A DNA stretch of 64,000 nucleotides from an uncultured Gemmatimonadales bacterium (GTDB taxonomy: Bacteria; Gemmatimonadota; Gemmatimonadetes; Gemmatimonadales; GWC2-71-9). Where the stretch lies: assembly GCA_963828735.1 (NCBI GenBank), contig CAWHFW010000005.1, positions 1,088,001 through 1,152,000 on the forward strand, read 5' to 3'. The notes under the pieces were generated by a model. That model was not told the origin of the DNA. It searched no databases and saw nothing but the letters and a program-made list of their open reading frames with translations. Positions within the stretch are counted from its first letter, which is position 1; each line of letters begins with the position of its first letter. The position numbers and the translations under genes are program-made. Below, in pieces: positions 58,689 to 64,000 of this stretch.

Positions 58689-58773
58689 GTCTCACCGCTC
58701 AGCGCTGTGACCCAGCGACCATCTCGCGGAACCGCTCCACCGCTCACCGAATCGCATGATCCGTCTCCCAGTC

Positions 58774-59190
58774 CTATTTCCTGGTCGCGGCTTGCGCGCG
58801 AAGCCGCTCCTCGGCCTCGCGCAGCTCGGGGGTCAGCGCCGGGCCGAAATCCTCGGCCTCGAACACCTGCCGGATCTCGACCACGCCGTCCCGGAAGGGA
58901 ACGCGCTTCACCCACTCGATCGCCTCGTCCCGGGACTTCACCTGAATGAGCCAGAAACCGGCAACGAGCTCCTTGGTCTCGACGAAGGGTCCGTCGATGA
59001 CCGTCCGGGTGTCGCCGGAAAACGTCACGCGCGCGCCCTTCGAGCTGGCCTGCAGGCCTTCGCCCGCCAGCATCACGCCGGCCTTGACCAGCTGCTCGTT
59101 GTACTGCCCCATCTCGGCCAGCAGCTCCTGGCTGGGAAGCACGCCAGCCTCGGAGTCCTTGGTAGCCTTCACGATCAGCATGAACCGCAT
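58774..59190 (-). CDS. YCII-related (DGPF) protein
   Basis: LAGEGL, DGPFVETKELVAGFW. Confidence 0.92.
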   Translation of the reverse strand: MRFMLIVKATKDSEAGVLPSQELLAEMGQYNEQLVKAGVMLAGEGLQASSKGARVTFSGDTRTVIDGPFVETKELVAGFWLIQVKSRDEAIEWVKRVPFRDGVVEIRQVFEAEDFGPALTPELREAEERLRAQAATRK

Positions 59191-59285
59191 CGTCGTTCTC
59201 CGGGTCTTAGGTCTCCACGGCCACCGAACACGGTGTCGGGGCTCTACCCAGACGTCGAACGAGGCCCGGGGATTTCGACAAGGTC

Positions 59286-59582
59286 TCAGCCGCCGGCCAT
59301 GGCACCCACGACCAGGTAGGGCTCGCTCCCGCGTGCCACTGCGTCCGGAAGGGGGGCGTCGGGCGGATCGTGGGTAAGGTCCTGCTCGCAGGCGAAGAAC
59401 CGCAGGAAGGGGCGGCGCTCCCGGGTGACCTGGTCGCGGATCGTCCCGCGCAGCGACGGGTAGGCCGCCTCGAGCGCGTCGAGGACCGATCCCCTCGTGG
59501 CCCGGCCCTCGATGGCGAGCTCGACTTCGCCGTCCACCCTCGCCAGCGCGCGCAGGTGGGTCGGCAGCACGACCCGGATCAT
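59286..59582 (-). CDS. MoaD/ThiS family ubiquitin-like protein
   Basis: 98 aa, C-terminal AMAGG; ATGA-coupled to the upstream BNR gene. Confidence 0.88.
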   Translation of the reverse strand: MIRVVLPTHLRALARVDGEVELAIEGRATRGSVLDALEAAYPSLRGTIRDQVTRERRPFLRFFACEQDLTHDPPDAPLPDAVARGSEPYLVVGAMAGG

Positions 59583-60696
59583 GCGAGGGACTGGACCTCC
59601 ACGGACAGCACGGCCGGCAGGTCGCGCACGATGGGGACCCAGCTGTCCCCGCCGTTCGGTGAGGCGTACACCTGGCCTCCGGTGGTGCCGAAGTAGACGC
59701 CGCAGGGATCGAGCGCATCCACCGCCATCGCGTCGCGAAGCACGTTGACGTAGCAGTCCCGCTGCGGGAGGCCGGTGGTCAGGGGCTCCCACTCGCCGCC
59801 TCCGGCCCGGCTCCTGAACACGCGGAGCTTGCCCTCGGGCGGGAAGTGGTGGGAGTCGCTCGTGATCGGCACGACGTAGATCGTCTCCGGCTCGTGGGCG
59901 TGGACGTCGATCGGGAAGCCGAAGTCGGTGGGCAGGTTTCCGCTCACCTCCTGCCAGGAGTCGCCCGCGTTGTCGCTGCGCATCACGTCCCAATGCTTCT
60001 GCATGTACAGCACGCCGGGTCGCGACCGATGCATGGCGATGCGGTGCACGCAATGCCCCACCTCCGCGTCGGCATTCGGGAGGCCCTGGGACTTGAGCCC
60101 GCGATTGATCGGCTGCCACGTGGCACCGCCGTCGTCGGTCCGGAAGGCGCCGGCGGCGGAAATCGCCACGTACATCCGCATCGGGTTGGTAGGGATCGAG
60201 CAGGATGGTGTGCAGGCACATGCCGCCTGCCCCCGGCTGCCAGGACGGGCCGGAGCCGTGCCGCCGCAATCCCGGCAGCTCCTGCCAGGTGGCACGCCGC
60301 GTCGGTCGAGCGAAATAGCGCGGCATCCTCGACGCCGGCGTAGACGGTGTCAGGATCCGTCAGCGAGGGCTCGAGGTGCCACACGCGCGCGAACGCCCAG
60401 GGATGCTGGCTCCCGTCGTACCACTGGTGGGTGCCCGTGACGCCGTCGTATTCGAACTTGTTCCCGACCGCCTCCCACGTGGCCCCACCATCCTCCGAGC
60501 GCTGGATGACTTGGCCGAACCATCCGCTCGACTGCGACGCGTAGAGACGATTCGGGTTCACCGGGGAACCCTTGAGGTGATAGATCTCCCAGCCCGGAAA
60601 GTGTGGTCCGCTCACCTGCCAGCGGTCCCGCTTTCCGTCAGCGGTGAGTATGAACGCGCCCTTGCGCGTTCCGACCAGCACTCGCACCCCAGTCAT
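59579..60696 (-). pseudogene. BNR/Asp-box beta-propeller (sialidase/YCF48-like) with two frameshifts
   Basis: LVGTRKG start, SxDGGxTW boxes; shifts near 60295 and 60190. Confidence 0.8.
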
Positions 60697-60758
60697 CTCC
60701 GGCTCCTTGGTGGACGTCCTGCCGATAGTCTCGTTCCGGTCCTCCGGACTCGCAATCC

Positions 60759-61274
60759 CTATTTGATGGCTCCGGGCTTGCCGATGATCCGTCGCAGCAC
60801 CGCGGTCTGTCCCGCGTGATACGCCTGGTGGAAGAACATCGTCGAGAGGAGCGACCGATACGTTTCCTCGGGATTGTCGGTCGGGCTGAATGGCGCCGGC
60901 TGCCCCAGCATATCGGGCGAGAAGCCCGCGAGGCCGTCATCGAGCCGCTTGGTGGAGTCGTCCCAGGCCGCCAGCAGCTCGCCGAAGTTCCGCGCGCGCG
61001 ACGGATCCTCGAGCGGGGGCCCCCCACGGGCGTATTGCGACAGCTCGCTCTGCTCCATTGGAGGCGTTTGGCCCACCACCCGGAGACCGCCCAGATAGAC
61101 CCAGACCAGGTGGCCGACGATCCAGTTGAGGCAATTGCCCCCCGGATTCGGCTGGATCAGGCTCTCCTCGTGGGTGACGCCCTCGACGTTCAGGCGTACC
61201 ACGCGCTGGGCCATCCAGGCCTGGCGCCGGAACGACTGCACCTCGCTCGTGTTGTCCGTGACCGTTGCGCTCAT
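60759..61274 (-). CDS. DinB family protein
   Basis: WIVGH and HQAYHAGQ His triad; AAGGAGGAGG RBS. Confidence 0.85.
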   Translation of the reverse strand: MSATVTDNTSEVQSFRRQAWMAQRVVRLNVEGVTHEESLIQPNPGGNCLNWIVGHLVWVYLGGLRVVGQTPPMEQSELSQYARGGPPLEDPSRARNFGELLAAWDDSTKRLDDGLAGFSPDMLGQPAPFSPTDNPEETYRSLLSTMFFHQAYHAGQTAVLRRIIGKPGAIK

Positions 61275-61299
61275 GCCTCCTCCTTCGCAATGAACATTA

Positions 61300-61313
61300 C
61301 TACGATATCGTAG
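61300..61313. promoter_or_regulatory. Palindromic operator, probably for the adjacent MarR
   Basis: Perfect CTACGAT-ATCGTAG; degenerate copy at 61384-61399. Confidence 0.7.
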
Positions 61314-61422
61314 CATCTGCGCTAGTATCGCGCCCGGCCTCGCCGGCGTCAACCCCGCTCGCGGCGCCGGACCGTGGCGTATATTCCGAGATCGTAGCAA
61401 TCGCCGCTGGCCCGGAGACCCC

Positions 61423-61854
61423 ATGGCGCTCGACTTCCTGTCCCCGCTCCACAAGGCCTCGCGTCAGATCTCGGTCTATCTCGAAAGCCGCACCCGGGAG
61501 CTGGGGGTGAGTCCCATCGAGGGCCACGTCCTGACCTACCTCCGGAGCTACGCCCCCGCCTCCATCCGCGACCTGGTCCGGGTCTTCGGCATCAAGCAGT
61601 CCACCTTCACCAGCCTCCTCGACCGCCTCGAGCATTCCGGATTCGTGCGCCGCTCGATCAATCCGGACGACCGCCGCTCGTTCCTGGTGCACATCACCGA
61701 TCCGGGAAGCGATCTGGCCACCCGCCTGAACCGGCAGCTCCGGGGGCTGGAAGACGAGATCCGGCGCCGGGTCGAGGGCCGGGACGTGAAGGGATTCCAG
61801 GCGGTGATGGGCGCCGTCGACGAGGTCACCCGGGTGCGGCTGCGCGGCCGATGA
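61423..61854 (+). CDS. MarR family transcriptional regulator
   Basis: LLDRLE..GFVRR..DDRRS..ITDPG. Confidence 0.92.
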   Translation: MALDFLSPLHKASRQISVYLESRTRELGVSPIEGHVLTYLRSYAPASIRDLVRVFGIKQSTFTSLLDRLEHSGFVRRSINPDDRRSFLVHITDPGSDLATRLNRQLRGLEDEIRRRVEGRDVKGFQAVMGAVDEVTRVRLRGR

Positions 61855-61970
61855 CCTGGCGCTGCGACTATCCCGAAGCTCCAAGCATCTGAGGCCGGAC
61901 GTCACTTGTTGAAGCCGGCTCCGGCGGGACAAATTGTCGCCGACCGGTCCCCTGCAACCCTCACTCTCCT

Positions 61971-62909
61971 ATGCCTCTACTCGCCCTCGACGGGGTATCC
62001 AAACGGTTCGGCGGCATCGCGGCGGTCGACCAGCTGTCCTTCCAGGTGGATCGCGGGCAGGTGGTCGGCTTCCTCGGGCCGAACGGCGCCGGGAAGTCCA
62101 CCACGATGCGGATGATCACCCAGTTCATCGAGCCCGACACCGGCACCATTCGGCTGGACGGTGTGCCGCTCGAGGAGGCCGGCCGCGATGCCAAGCGGCG
62201 TCTCGGGTACCTCCCCGAGAACAACCCGCTCTACGCCGAGATGCTGGTCTCGGAATACCTGGACTTCGTGGGACGCCTGCGAGAGCTGGCGGGCGCGTCC
62301 CGCCAGTCGGCGATCGACGACGCGGTCGCGGCCACGGGCCTCGAGACCGTGTTCCACCGCCCGATCGGCGAGCTGTCCAAGGGCTTCCGCCAGCGCGTCG
62401 GCCTCGCGGCCGCGATCCTCCACCGCCCGGATCTGCTCATCCTGGACGAGCCCACCGAAGGCCTGGATCCCAACCAGCGAGTGGAGATCCGCCGCCTGAT
62501 CGGCGATCTGGGGCGAGAGCGCACGGTGCTGCTCTCGACGCACGTGCTGCCCGAGCTGCAGTTCACCTGCTCGCGCCTGCTCATCATCAACCGCGGTCGG
62601 ATCGTCGCGGACGGCCCCATGGACGATCTGGTTGCGCGCGCCAAGGGCGCGGCTCGCGTGGCGGTCGAGGCTGTCGGGGAGGGCGTGGCGGCGCGTCTCG
62701 CCACGCTCCCGGGCGTCGAGGCCGTCGAGGCGCACGACACGGCGGATGGACGGTCGCGGGTGATCGTGACGGCCAGCGCCTCGGAGGATCTCCGCCCAAG
62801 GATCTTCGAGCTGGCCAAGATGGAGCGGTGGACACTGTTCGAGCTGCACCAGGAAGCGGGGAGCCTCGAGGACCTGTTCCGCGAGCTCACCGTCGAGCAG
62901 GAGGGCTGA
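61971..62909 (+). CDS. ABC transporter ATP-binding protein (GldA-like)
   Basis: GPNGAGKS, LSKGFRQ, ILDEPT, STH. Confidence 0.92.
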   Translation: MPLLALDGVSKRFGGIAAVDQLSFQVDRGQVVGFLGPNGAGKSTTMRMITQFIEPDTGTIRLDGVPLEEAGRDAKRRLGYLPENNPLYAEMLVSEYLDFVGRLRELAGASRQSAIDDAVAATGLETVFHRPIGELSKGFRQRVGLAAAILHRPDLLILDEPTEGLDPNQRVEIRRLIGDLGRERTVLLSTHVLPELQFTCSRLLIINRGRIVADGPMDDLVARAKGAARVAVEAVGEGVAARLATLPGVEAVEAHDTADGRSRVIVTASASEDLRPRIFELAKMERWTLFELHQEAGSLEDLFRELTVEQEG

Positions 62910-62912
62910 GCG

Positions 62913-64000
62913 ATGCGCCTCTGGACTGTCGCGCGCCGCGAGCTCAAGTCGCTGTTCGACCTGCCGACCGGTTACGTGCTCCTCGTGGCGTTCCTGGCCC
63001 TCAACGGCTTCCTGTTCTTCCGCTCAGCGTATCTGGCACAAGTCGCGAGCCTCCGTCCGATGCTGGACCTCCTGCCCTGGGTGTTCCTCTTCTTCGTGCC
63101 TGCGGTCACCATGCGGTCGCTGGCGGAGGACATTCGCGGCGGCCAGCTCGAAGTGGTGCTATCGCAGCCGCTGACCGAGCTGGAGCTGCTGCTCGGCAAG
63201 TATCTGGCGTCCGTACTGTTCCTCTGGATCGCGCTGGCCCTCACACTCCCCATTCCCTTGGCGCTCGCCTTTGGCGCGGCCATGCCGTGGCCGACGGTGG
63301 CCGCGCAGTACGTGGGCGCGGGCCTGCTCGCCGCCGGCTTCGCGGCGATCGGCACCTGGGCGTCGAGCCTCAGCCGAAGTCAGATCACGGCGTTCATCCT
63401 GGGCGCCGCGGTGATGTTCCTCCTGATCCTGGTCGGCCTCAATCCGTTGCTGGTCGGGCTGCCGGCGGCGCTCGCCGCCGTCGCCGCCCGCGTCGGGGTG
63501 CTGGCCCACTTCGACAGCATCGGCCGCGGGGTCATCGACCTGCGGGACGTGATCTATTTCCTCTCCCTCGCGGGGATCTTCCTCGCCCTGGCGTACGGCG
63601 CGCTGCTCGGACGGAAGCTCGCCCCCGCCCGCGGAGCGCGCCGCCGGCTGGTGCTGGGCGTCGGCCTGCTGGCGGCCTCGCTCGTCGTGGTGAACCTGCT
63701 GGGCGGGTACATCGGCGGCCGGCTCGATTTCTCGCCGGGAAAGGCGTACACGCTCTCGCCCGCCACACGGCGCGTGCTCGGCAACCTCGACGACCTCGTC
63801 ACGATCAAGGTCTTTGCTTCGGCCGAGCTGCCGACCGAGGTGGCGCTGATGAAGCGCGACGTGGACGACATGCTCCGGGACGTGCGCGCCGCGGGACACG
63901 ATCGGGTGCGGATCATCGAGCGCGATCCGTCGAGCGACGACGCCGCCCGGAAAGACGCCCAGTCGCTGGGGATCGAGCCGGTCCAGTTCAACGTGATCGG
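62913..64000 (+). CDS. Fused GldF-like permease / GldG-like domain, runs off the window (absent from ORF track)
   Basis: ATG 62913: RRELKSLF..PTGY, TMRSLAE, GVIDLRDVIYF, then RLDFS..YTLSPAT. Confidence 0.85.
   Translation, partial: MRLWTVARRELKSLFDLPTGYVLLVAFLALNGFLFFRSAYLAQVASLRPMLDLLPWVFLFFVPAVTMRSLAEDIRGGQLEVVLSQPLTELELLLGKYLASVLFLWIALALTLPIPLALAFGAAMPWPTVAAQYVGAGLLAAGFAAIGTWASSLSRSQITAFILGAAVMFLLILVGLNPLLVGLPAALAAVAARVGVLAHFDSIGRGVIDLRDVIYFLSLAGIFLALAYGALLGRKLAPARGARRRLVLGVGLLAASLVVVNLLGGYIGGRLDFSPGKAYTLSPATRRVLGNLDDLVTIKVFASAELPTEVALMKRDVDDMLRDVRAAGHDRVRIIERDPSSDDAARKDAQSLGIEPVQFNVI

Overview
A high-GC (about 70% by eye) bacterial window. Its gene content resembles Gemmatimonadota (inference): many membrane Ser/Thr kinases, PAS hybrid kinases, and topA-trmFO-xerC-hslVU next to aroCK and pilMNOPQ. 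From left to right it holds: an RCC1-repeat gene end, a hybrid kinase, a Ser/Thr kinase, and an argF-gcvT-mog-barrel run; an accessory island (about 8.3-17.4 kb) with three more Ser/Thr kinases, small Pro/Trp-tailed orphan ORFs, a secreted metzincin and a CxxC/HEAT protein; housekeeping genes; a type IV pilus locus (26-45 kb) with three sigma-54 promoters, two near-identical tandem pilA genes, two PilS/PilR-like pairs and a divergent membrane/spermidine-synthase-like gene; a GIY-YIG/DUF2461 fusion, a lytic transglycosylase, hslR, head-to-head icd/aceK and a candidate sRNA; a MarR-linked DinB-BNR-MoaD-YCII-ECF42 cluster; and the start of a Gld-like ABC transporter. The best candidate for an undescribed system is the kinase / small peptide / protease / HEAT operon. 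Several single-base frameshifts are present and may be consensus errors. Family names come from motif recognition only; no searches were run. No rRNA, tRNA, CRISPR array or transposase was seen.
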